From NCBI GenBank assembly GCA_964035545.1, contig OZ037767.1:4604707-4668706 (forward strand): a DNA stretch of 64,000 nt, given 5' to 3'. The DNA is from Bugula neritina. Lineage: Eukaryota > Animalia > Bryozoa. A model generated the notes under the pieces. That model was not told where the DNA came from, ran no database searches, and saw nothing but the letters and a program-made list of their open reading frames with translations. Positions 39,038-51,147 of the stretch are shown here, one piece after another (position 1 is the stretch's first letter; the number at the start of each line of letters is the position of its first letter). A program made the translations under genes and the position numbers.

Positions 39038-42000
39038 ATGAACAAATCAGAAGATAAAGATATATTCTTCGTAAGTTAAAGTAAAAGGAGAAACTTTCAC
39101 TTGGGAGAGTAAAATTTAAAAAATGCTTAATAATAGTATTGTTATTATCGTTTCATTTATCAAATTCTTAGTTAGTAAAAACTAGTTTTTAAAGTTAAAT
39201 TATTTGAAGTTTTTTTGGTAAATGTTATAGTGTCTGCTGCAATGACTGCAGATGATTATTTTTTTAGGAAGACAGTGATCTAGCATACGAAGAAGAGATA
39301 CTGCGAAACCCTTTCAGCGTCAAGTGTTGGCTAAGATATATTCAACAGAAAAAGAGCTCTCCAAATGTTGATGCTGCAAACATTGTTTATGAACGAGCTT
39401 TGAAAGAATTGCCAGGAAGGTATAACTCCATGTAACTGCACAATATTCCTTCTGATAGAGAGTCTTAGATATGATAAGTTTCTGTGTCTATATGCTGTGG
39501 CAGCAAAAGTATTGTCCTATCAGATCCATTTCAAACAGATTGATTACATAAAACTTCTAGCAAATTCTGTGCTGGTTTCTTAGTCTAGGGCTAGTTCTAT
39601 TCACTATTATTATGTTGTAGCTACAAGTTATGGTACAACTATCTCAAGGGTTTGAGACAACAGGCTAAAGGGAAGTGCATTAATGACAGAATATATGAAG
39701 ACATCAATAATGCATTTGAGAGGTCTTTGGTGTTTATGCATAAGGTATGTTGGGTAGCAACTGCTTTGCTCTGAATCATTTTTCCATGACATATATTTTA
39801 GTGTGTAATTTATGCTGTGGTTATCGCCTTTAAATCATCTCACTGTGTAGTCTATCTGGCGTCTCTCACTACATAGTTTAGTACACAATATAATCATAAT
39901 CTTCACTTCTCATTACGACTGCTTCATTGATATTTTATACTTCTGTCTATCTAGGAATTTAAATATGCTGGTGTTCTGTTCTTGTGCATAAATTGCATAG
40001 ATATCATTTCTTTTTTATTATTAATTTTCGTTGGAACACTAATCATTATGTAATTGGCATAATTAATTTTCCTGCTGTTGATCATAAGCCAAACTTTTTT
40101 GAAAGTCAGTTTTTAGTTGAATTAGAGAGTAGCTTTAGCTGAACAGTTAGAAAGATGGTCATTGGTTTTAATTTGGGCAGGGCCATTAATGATATCAGAA
40201 TGAGCATCCGGTCACAATTCTTTATCTGCCACAGCCAAAGTACTCTAAGCCACATTGCCAACATGATGGGAGGCACAGTATTTAACTCATTTAAAAAGCT
40301 TTATCATGAGGTGCTTTCACAGAGATGTGGACTTTAGGCAAACATGAGTTATTTTTATTTAAAGTGAAATTAATATATATTTGCAGATGCCTCGTATTTG
40401 GATAGACTATTGTCAGTTCTTGGTTGATCAGGGTAAGATAACCCGTAGTAGACGTACATTTGACCGGGCACTCCGAGCTCTCCCCATCACCCAGCATCAT
40501 AGGATATGGCCTGCGTACCTCAAGTTTGTATCTAAATACGAACTTCCTGAGACGGCGGTGAGAGTTTATCGACGTCATCTCCAGGTACTCATTACCTAAT
40601 ACTTGTTATTATGAACTTCACTAATTAGTCTTTATTAAGTTGCATGTTTAATTTTGACTAAAGTTATTTCTAATTGAATCTATTTGCTACTAAAAGAATA
40701 TCTCTCTGAATAATATTAGGAAAAAAAGTAGCAGTTTTGTTTCTGCAAGCTGAGCTGAAGGTGTCTGTTTCCACCATCCAAGAAAATATTTCAAAGTTAC
40801 TCTGTTGTATTTTTCTACTCCTGTTTTCTGCTGCACGTGTTTAACTGTCTGATTTATGCTTTATTCAGCTTCAACCTGAGAAGGCGGAGGACTTCCTAAC
40901 TTACTTGATGAAGATACACAAATTAGATGAAGCTGCCATTCGATTGGCCAGTTTAATCAATGATGAAAACTTCGTATCAAAAGAAGGCAAATCCAAACAT
41001 ACGGTAAGTAAAATCTGGGAATGTCAATTAACTGGATTTGTTACTTTTTCATCACAACCAACTGAAAACATTCGATGTACATGTTGGATTGGACTGGTAT
41101 TGGTTATCCATGTGATAAAAATCAACTGAAACAAATTAAAATTGTGCTTTTAGTTTCAAATTCAGCCCTATAAACTTAACAGGATGTAATAATATGTTCA
41201 TAGTTGTGGAATGAGCTGTGTGAGCTGATATCTAAGAACCCTGATAAGGTGACATCACTGAAAGTCGACGCAATCATTCGCCAGGGGTTGAAGAAGTTCA
41301 CGGATCAGATCGGGCTTCTATGGAACTCCCTAGCTGATTATTATACCAGAGCAGGATTGTTTGACAAAGTAGGTTATTTCATTTTGTAGGTTGTCTTGGG
41401 AAAACATTTAATAAAGTATGTTTTACATATCTGTTTTCTTGTATATTTACTGTTTGTTTACTTTGATTACACAATTTGTAATTTTTGTGTTTCAACTTTT
41501 ATAATGTAGTCTTTTTTAGATACTAAACTAATTGGCTGAAAAATATATGTTGTTGTGTATTATATTACTGATCACATTTTTGTAATAACATAATGAGTCA
41601 AGTTTGAGTCGTGAGTCAAAATGATGGCTTATTATAGGAATTTAATGAGTAAAATTCTGTTTAAGGCGTGTGATGTGTACGAAGAAGCCATAGAAACTGT
41701 CATCACTGTAAGAGATTTCACGCAAGTGTTTGATGCCTATGCCCAGTTCTCCGAGACTCTCATCAGCACCAAAATGGAGAGCACCGCTGACACTGGTCCT
41801 ACTGACGATGGTATGTTCCTTGCATGTTACGTAACTCAATGCATTGCACTTAATGGTGTGGTTTAAACTAATTAATGAAAATATGTTGCATTCTCGTGTA
41901 TAACTTGAAATCTTTAGAACCTTTAATATTTTGTTATTATTTATCAAAATTTTTAACCCTTAAGTTATCGATTAGTTCAATTGTTGAAGACTGTAAAGGC

Positions 42001-45000
42001 TAATTTTGGATGGCAAAGTTTAAGGAGATGGGAGAATCCTTAAAATGAAAAAGGTTTTTTATGAACCCGTTGTTGAAAGATAATTTTTGGTAAAATGAAA
42101 GCATGTTGAGAATGTTTTGTGTATTTATAGATGATGTGGAATTGGAGCTGGGTTTGGCACGGTTGGAAGATTTGATGGAGAGGCGGCCATTGTTACTCAA
42201 CAGCGTTCTACTTAGACAGAACCCACACAATGTCTTGGAGTGGCACAAACGAGTCAAGCTTTATGAAGGCAAACCCACCGAGGTTCGAACTTGTGAAATT
42301 GAACAGAATTTTCTAGTTTCATATGTAATCCTATATTGATTTTGTTGAGTAAACCACGGGTTAACCAATGAGATATCTACAAGGGGTTTAACTGAAACTT
42401 ATCACTAGTAAACAAGTAAATTGAATTTTCTGTTCAGCTTAAAAAAACTGAGTGACTTAAATTTGTGTAATAGCAAAAGTCTGAAATTCACTTTGACCAT
42501 ATCAAACTGCAGCTACACCGCTAGTTTAATGAGTTATGTGCCGTAAATTCAACTGTATATTTAAAATTCATTCTTGAATATAATTTCAAATGTTTGGAGT
42601 TGTAGCCCCAATCTGGGCTGTTGACTACTGCTTAGGTGCTGAATATTCCAATTATTTGCTGCCTTTTTAGTTGAATAGAGTTGTGTGATTTCATAACAGT
42701 GTTGTAAAAATACTAGTAGCCTAATGGTTTAACATTAATGCAGCTTTTGTTATTTTCAAGTTACTAAAATACAATGATAAACTTTTGCCTCCTCTGTTAT
42801 TTAGATTATCAACACCTTCACGGAAGCCGTTCAGACTGTTGACCCTAAAGTTGCGACCGGGAAGCCGCACACTCTGTGGGTGGAGTTTGCCAAGTTTTAC
42901 GAGACAGCCAATCAGCTGAAGGACGCGAGAGTAATATTTGAGAAAGCTGTCGAAGTGAACTACAAGTATGTGGACGACCTGGCTGCCGTGTGGTGCGAGT
43001 GGGCGGAGATGGAGCTAAGACATGAGTAAGTCTACAGAAGTTCAGTCACTTCTACTGTCTGCCGAAACCAATGACTCTGATATGATACCTATATTTGTGT
43101 TATTTGAAACTACAAGCTTTAAGTTATTAAAATTTATTATTGATGTTTATTACTTTGTGGGCATGTTAACATTATATTACATTCTATCATATTATAAAGC
43201 AAGATTAGCAACTAAAATATTAGGCAAAAGTTCTTTATTCACCGAATTATGTTTGTTTCATTCCACTTGCCAAGATTCATTGTGTAAAGTAAACTGTAAG
43301 TCAGTTTGGATGATATATTTTGAGATTAGGCCTGCAGCCACGGAATCATAAAATATAATTAAATGAGTAAAAAGTCTTTATATGTTATGCTGATTAATAA
43401 AATGTTGTAGTCTGTTTGACGAAGCTCTGAAATTGATGCAAAGAGCAGTAACGCCACCCGCCCGCAAAGTTGATTATCATGATCAGGTAAGTTCAATGGT
43501 AGACTTGTTAGTGAAAGAGTGAAACATGCATCTAAAATATTTTATTTTACAGGCAAAGTTGCAGTTTTACTTTTTTCTTTAATGAAATGTTTCAATCAGG
43601 TGTCCTCCCTTGCCTGTTTATGTTTTATAACATTCTTCTCCCTGCTTGTAGAGTGAAACTGTTCAGGCACGCCTTCACAAATCACTCAAGCTCTGGTCAA
43701 TGTACGCCGATTTAGAGGAATCTTTTGGAACCTTCAAGGCAACTAAAGCCGTGTACGACAGGATCATTGATCTCCGAATAGCTACACCTCTTATTGTTCT
43801 TAACTTTGGGGTTTTCCTTGAAGAGAGCAATTATTTTGAAGAGGCTTTCAAGGTGCGATTTCAAGAATTTCCCTGTTGTTTAAAATCTAAGTAGATGTAA
43901 AAATAAACTATTTACATTTTATATGCTGCATAGGAATAAAATAGAAGGCCTTCTGCTTACCACTCGTTGTATTTCATGGTTATTTGTGTCACTGGTGATG
44001 GCTAGTTGGCTCTTTATTGTTGAGGTCAGAATGTGTGATGTATTTGTTTGTGATATGTTCACAGGCGTATGAGAAGGGTATCGCGCTGTTCAGGTGGCCT
44101 AACGTCTATGACTTATGGAGCACATACCTCACCAAGTTTATCGACAGATATGGTGGTAAGAAACTGGAGAGAGCGAGAGATCTATTTGAACAGTGTCTGG
44201 ACGGATGTCCTGAGCAGTTTGTCAAAGGTAATAGATGATAATTGATATACTTATGGTGATCTCTTATTGATTTAATTTATTATTTATTTATTTTATTATT
44301 ATATTTTTCCTAACCCCGGTGTATTTATTTTATATGTATATTTTATATCCTCACTGATTTCTCTGGATTTCTGTTTCATACTAATTGATTATCAGCATTC
44401 AACTGTCGAGTGCTAAGATAATATACAAAGACTCAAAACAGTGTGTGCAGCCAAACAGAATCTGCATTGGAACGATTCACATGAATTTTGATTTGAATGA
44501 GCAGTATTTTTACTCATGAACAAGCTATTTTTGCCGAGTTGCCTAAGAATATGAGTGTTTCTGGAAGTTGTCTTTTCCATAAATTAATCTGATATTGTAG
44601 CAATATATCTGCTGTATGCTAAGCTGGAGGAAGAACATGGTTTAGCCAGGCATGCTATGGCTGTATATGAGAGAGCGTGTGAAGCAGTGCCTCAGGCTGA
44701 AAGATACGAGGTAATTTTAGACATTGATGTAGCGTCTTGGTTCATGTTGAGTTACTGTTGAAAAGTTTCATTTTGAGAGCTGTTTTTCCTCTCTCAAACT
44801 GATATAAGAATTATTCATGACTCACAGTTGGCCAAATTTTCTATGAAATTATTTTTGAATGTAAAACAGAACAACAAAAATACAAGTCTTTATTTGCATA
44901 GCCTATTCGTGTTGATATAGTCGTAGCCTAAACAAAATCCAGACCATTCAAAGCACAAGTGAAAATGTTCAACATAAAAACTTATACTAGTATAATTATA

Positions 45001-47303
45001 TTCTACTATTTAATGTATTGTATGTTGAGAACCTATATTAAGCTGTCTAGCATTGATGTCTTCACTTATAGATATACAACATATACATAAAAAGAGCTGC
45101 AGAGATCTATGGTGTTACGCATACTAGAGCCATATATGAGAAGAGTATAGAAGCCTTGCCTGAAGATCAGGCTAGACAGATGTGTATGAGGTTTGCAGAT
45201 CTCGAGACGAAACTCGGAGAGATTGATCGGGCGAGGGCAGTGTACGCTCACTGTTCTCAGATATGTGACCCGAGGGTGGGTAACTCCACACACTAATATT
45301 GCTATGATTACAGAACATTACTTGCAACAGTATTCAATGAGTTTCCATTATAGATAAAATGTTTTTCTTTTCAAATCAATAGCAATGTAGTGTAGAGAGC
45401 AGCCGTAGTCTGGTGGTTAAAGCACCAAGTCAGTTCTCTAACTACTGTGGTGCTGGGCCAATGGTGATATTAAGTAATGCTTCTGGTCATAATTTTTCCT
45501 GTGTTACAGCATACATGGTCTTTAATTTATTTGAAAAAGCTGTTATTGTTAGTGGTTCTCACAGGGATGTAGATTCTAAACAAAATTGAGTTTTTTAATG
45601 CCTGCACAACGGACCAAAATGGAAACTTGAATTGAAATTCTACGACTCAGTAAAGTACAGCTCACTTGTCTGTATATGAATTCAATGTTTCAGTCTCAAG
45701 CTGTCTTCTGGGATTCCTGGAAGAAGTTTGAAGTAAAGCATGGCAATGAAGACACAGTGCGGGAGATGCTGAGAATAAAACGCAGTGTGCAGGCTACGTA
45801 TAACACACAGGTTAACTTCATGGCCACCAAAGTGCTCACCACTCAAGGTATTTCACTCATATATTACTCACTTTTTAGAGTACTTGAGGGGCTCAAGGGA
45901 AGTTTTTTTTTGTTCCTTTGGTAATCTGTCATTTAACTTGTGAGGGTTGTGAGGAGATTCAGCTTAAATCAACTATATATTCGCAGTTGACACTCGAGTA
46001 TTTTAGTTTCTTTTTCCCTTTTCTTATCTATGCTAATACTGTTAACAAATTTATGTATTTTAGTGGTTGGTGGAATTGAGATTCTCTCATATTCATTTTC
46101 ATTTGTAGCGCATAGCTTTTGCTAATATAAAACTATATGTCAAATAGATATGACCAAGTACCTGCAGGCACATGTCACTAATAGTAGATGCTTGTTAATT
46201 ACTGTTATACTGCCATGTAGCACCAGCCAATGAGATGGAGCGTTTAGAACAGCAAGCTATGGAGAATGTAGACAATATGGAGGTGGAGAAACAGACAGAA
46301 CTAGAAGAAGCAACTAAGAAACCAGCGGATAAAGGTAAGCCCTGGATAGATTACTGTTATGGTTTAACATCTTTGAGTAGTGATTTATACACAACCTCTA
46401 ATTAGATACTGACGTTTAGATTTTTCTATCACCTTTGATGCTAAAAGATGTGCATTAAAATATTCAAATGCATACATAGTTTTTAATTGGCAGGATTATT
46501 TGCTTTTATTATTAAAACCTACTTTCTTTTCGGTATCCATGTTTCAACTGATCAATGCCAGCATCATATTTTTTATAACTTCTATTTTAGCCAAATAAAA
46601 CTCTGAGAAACATATTTAATCGTTTATAATATTTTTTTAACATGCTTCTTATAATGTTATTGTCAGTAAAATATGAGCTCAAATGGAGAAAAAAAATTAC
46701 AATAGCTATTTGTATGAGTGACTTTTTTCATATATCATTATTGTTCAACTAATCATGCTTGCTAAAATGAGATTCTTTTTTTGGATGCATTTTGTAGTTC
46801 ACCATCACTTAATGACGGATACATGCGTTGTAATACTAATTTATATAAAATACCCTTAAAATGTTTATAATACTTTAGGTATATCTTTTGTTCGGAGTGG
46901 CACAACAACAGAAGAGCAAGGTCCAACTGCTGCTGCTAACCCGGATGAAATCAACCTGGATGCTGACTACAGCAGCAGTGGGGAAGATGACGAGACGGAA
47001 GATAAATCTGAAGTATGCATTGCATTGATTTACTTATTACCGTACTGTTGTGCTAATTTAGAGTTTGTTCTCATAGGCAAATATCTTGAATCAGTTGCCT
47101 AACAATTTATGTACTGACAACTTATTATAGAGAATTTTGGTTTAGCAAAACATTGTGTTGTTCAATTGATTGGTCATATTTTATTTTATTATGAAAATAA
47201 ATTTAGAGTTTAATGATCACCCATGTATATATTGTAGATTGGTCTTCAAGCCATACCATCTAAAGTTTATGGCGGGCTGAAGAATGAGGAGGATGACGAA
47301 TAA
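39038..47303 (+). CDS. XAB2: Pre-mRNA splicing factor SYF1/XAB2 (HAT repeats), multi-exon
   Basis: Exons give [119 protein letters not shown]; ATG 39038, TAA 47301-47303. Confidence 0.97.
40124..40280 (+). mobile_element. Degenerate copy of the same tRNA-SINE family, in a SYF1 intron
   Basis: GGCCATTAATGATATCAGAATGAGCATCCGGTCACAATT aligns with the core at ~27702. Confidence 0.5.
45395..45515 (+). mobile_element. Degenerate tRNA-SINE copy, in a SYF1 intron
   Basis: A-box-like GTAGTCTGGTGGTTAAAGCAC followed by GGCCAATGGTGATATTAAG..GGTCATAATTTTTCCTG. Confidence 0.55.
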
Positions 47304-47467
47304 ATATAGGAATTATTTTATAAATGTTATATAAATTCTTACAAAATCTCATACGTATTATCCTTTTATAGATTTAAAATAATATGATAATAAACTATGC
47401 ACAATACATGAGAAAAATTGTTTGCATCAAATTATTGAAAAGAAATATTAAATTGTGTAAAAATAGA

Positions 47468-48160
47468 CTAAACGATGTCTGGAACCATTGCGACTACCAC
47501 AATAAATCCCATAAATTGAACACCTACTATGAATATTGTAAACACATTCCAAATTGGCCAGAGGCTGTAACAAACCAGCATCATGCATAGAATGGATGAG
47601 ATTGTTGCCACTGGTATTACAAACATGTTATGCTCTTCCCATTTTTCGTGTTTGATGCCTTTTACCTTCGACAGCCAAATCACACAATACAAGCAGCAAG
47701 CAACTGCCATCATAAGAAAAACACATCCTACATTCAACCAGGTCCTGTTGACACGAGTATCATACAAAACTACCAAACCAAAGTCAGTGAAGTAGAATAC
47801 TCCTATTGAGGCTATTACCCATAACACATTCTACAAAGAAAAGTGAACATAATTAATTATTGTACTTGTATAGGTGAGCAAAATACTCTTTAAATATAAA
47901 TTTGAAGTTTGTCATTCTGAGCATTAAATCAAAAACTTAAAACTCAAACTCCAACATCAACTGTCTAAAGTAAAACTAACATTTATACTATACACAGATT
48001 CTGGCTTTGTTCGTAATTTTTCAACCAGCTTCTCTGCTTTTTCTTGTTCATCAATCTCAGTTTGAGATGGCATATACGCTTTTTTCCACGATTTGACTGT
48101 TCTTTCTCTGACAGTTTGGTAAAAGGCCTCTCTGTCCGCATTTTTTGGTAAGGAAGTCAT
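47468..48160 (-). CDS. TMEM128: Transmembrane protein 128 homolog (2 exons: 48160-47981, 47830-47468)
   Basis: NVLWVIASIGVFYFTDF..D.RV..WL, four hydrophobic segments, IPVAT..LWPIW..FT..I...FMG; phase-0 GT-AG intron. Confidence 0.88.
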
Positions 48161-49411
48161 GACTGCCGTGATGAAGGTAAAAATCACCAGTTTTAACCCT
48201 AAGCTTTTAACACTAGCATTAACTCACAGTGAGCGTAATCACTATGACTATGAGTATTACTATTAGTATGAGACTATGGCGCTGACTTAAACTACTGTCA
48301 CTGAGTTTAAAGTCAATCCTCGCCAGCTCACCCGGAGACTGAGTGAGTCTGGGTCTCGGTCTGACTGCAGTACAGTGTTAGAAAAATATTTACTACTTTA
48401 TAACACAGGTATAAATAAATTATCACCTATGATTTCAAATTCTAGATAAAGATGAGGTGCGTGTCAGTATAAGTATGTAATTGTATTACTATTGGTATAA
48501 TGATAATCTGTCAGTTAGTGTGACTATGGAATCTTCGATTCCGACTGAGATTGTAAGCAATACTAGCGACCAATGAAATCGTCATATTTTGTTTATAGCG
48601 TTTAAAATGGGCTCGTGCAGTCGGTTTAGTCGGGATAAGGCTCAACAATTCAATTTCATTCATTTCTTTTCAGTAAAACAAAACAGCAGCCTTCTGTGAG
48701 AGAACCTGCTGCTACATTTATATGAATAATAATCTGCAAGTTATGAAGTATTGTTTATTATTCTTGTCGTTATTGTAAATTACAAAAAAATTTAATTATT
48801 TACATTTATTTTTAGGCTATTTTTTCAATAAAAAATTTAACAAACTCAATTTTCATCGTGCGTATGTACTTAAACAAGAGACAGAGAAGAGAGTGAGAGT
48901 CAGTCACTCTGACTCTTTACTCTTGTCACTTGTCAGTAGAAACTATAAGTATTACTAAGAGAAAAATTGTTACCATAAGTTTCAGTCTCTGAAAAATTTA
49001 TGCATTGAAAACATTATATTTTCACTTTTCTAGTTTACGATTTCACTATAATATAAATAACTATAGTCTATAAGATTAAGTATAACTATAAGTAATTAAT
49101 ATTATACAAGCTTTGGAGTGTCATTGTGATTGTCATCGTGCTTTAGTTCTAAGTAATTCAAAAACTTTTTCTTGCTTTTATGAAGCATATTTAATTGCAT
49201 ATTGATTATATTCCTTGATATTTAGTATTTCCTAATATTGTAAATTTTAAGTTTGCAAATAGTCCTTGTTAGTGTTTATGTTGATGGATAAGTATAATAA
49301 TAATTACTATATTAAAATAATAAATTTGTTTCTTATTTTAGCAACTCATTAAACATTGACTGGTGCTACATAGCTTTTCAATGGGCCCTGTAGCTCAAAA
49401 TCTTGATAGTG

Positions 49412-50760
49412 ATGATTCTTCTAAATCCCAGCTGTACATTAAATTCTGTGTATCCTGTCATCCTACTGGAAGGTCAAGTCTCCAATCAGAGGTCAAGTTA
49501 CATAAGTGTGACTAATCAAGTTTCAGAGCACTGTATATGCTGGCCAGTGATTTCTCAAAAATTCCGCGCATTTGTTTTATTAAGATCAGGTATTAACAAA
49601 GTAACCATAAAATATGAATATTACGTTAAAGAAGTTGTCTGCTCTTTTGAGCTCAGAGCATCGCCTTATGCAGTCCAGCCATTATATATAGTCTGTAAAG
49701 ACAGTGATGGACAGTTTCAGGCACCTCCAGGAAAAGATAACTCTCGCACAGAAGCTTTAAAACGCATCAGTTTAGGTGCAGCATTGCTGCAAACATTTAC
49801 AGCCAGTGATTTAAAGTTGCAAAAGTTTGGCAATAACATTACATTTAATTTACCTATAAACAGTAACACAGGGTTGCCCGAGTGCAATGTGTTTGAATCT
49901 CAATACACAGCCCAAGAAATGTACGCAATGACTAGCAAGGATCTATGGAGATCTTTGGCAAAGGAAATTATGAGTTCCAGTGACATTAAAAATAAATCTA
50001 ACTCAAAGTTTCTAGCTTTTGTGTCCTGCACACGATATGATGGCCAAAATTGGAGTTCCAGCTGGAAACATCGAGATATCGTTGCTTCAACTTGCGGCCA
50101 TATTGCTCTTGGTATGTATTTTTTAACTCCAGATGTTGAAAAAATTTTTGAACAACTCAAGACTCTTATTATGTGCAGATGCTCGCTAGTAGATGTCAAC
50201 ATTCTGATTGTTTTTATTATAATACATCTAGTAAAGTAACATACAGTATTATAGCTAACATTATGGTGCATATAGTTGAGTAGTATTTAGCTGGTATTCT
50301 TATGTACATAAGTTTGGAGTCGGCACCCTTGTCTAGACACCCAACTTTGATACAGGTGGTGGTGGATTAGCCCTCCTTGGTAGTGCTACCCTTCATACGT
50401 GGGCAGATAGCTTAGAAAATCTTGTATCCTGTTTTACTAATGAAAAACTGATTGACAGAACTGTTTTAATGGATGACAGTGCGTATAGGTTAGTGCGTTT
50501 GTTTTAACGCCATTCTTCTGTTTACATTCTACGAGTGGAAATATTGTCTTTGTGAGAGAATGCACTGTTGAAAGGATTAAATGTTAGCATACTAAAGGAG
50601 CCAATTTAAAACATATTTGGTTGATGCAACATATTTTTATGTGAATATAGTCGCTTAAAAAGTTGCTGAGAATTTTACTTAAAGTTTGTTTAATGGAAGT
50701 TATTAAAAAAAAATTTATTTTTGATGAATGTTAGTTTAAAAGATTGTTTAATCATAACCT

Positions 50761-50849
<89 letters not shown>

Positions 50850-51053
50850 ATCTGTGGACAGCAGCTGTTTCGGGGTTTGTCCCCTCATCAGCACAGAACA
50901 GAGTACCAATACGCAATACGCAATAGTAGAAACTTATAGTTTTACTAAAGCATATTTAAAAGGTGTGTAAACTCAAGCCAGAGTGCTCAAGTGACTCTAG
51001 GGGTCACCTAGGAGTCACGAGCATTGCAAAATGCTAGCAGCTTGAGTTTGTGA

Positions 51054-51147
<94 letters not shown>

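Noticed and set aside
2891-47303. Spliceosomal cluster (U5 snRNA plus SYF1)
   Set aside because: They are 36 kb apart with unrelated genes between them; most likely coincidence.
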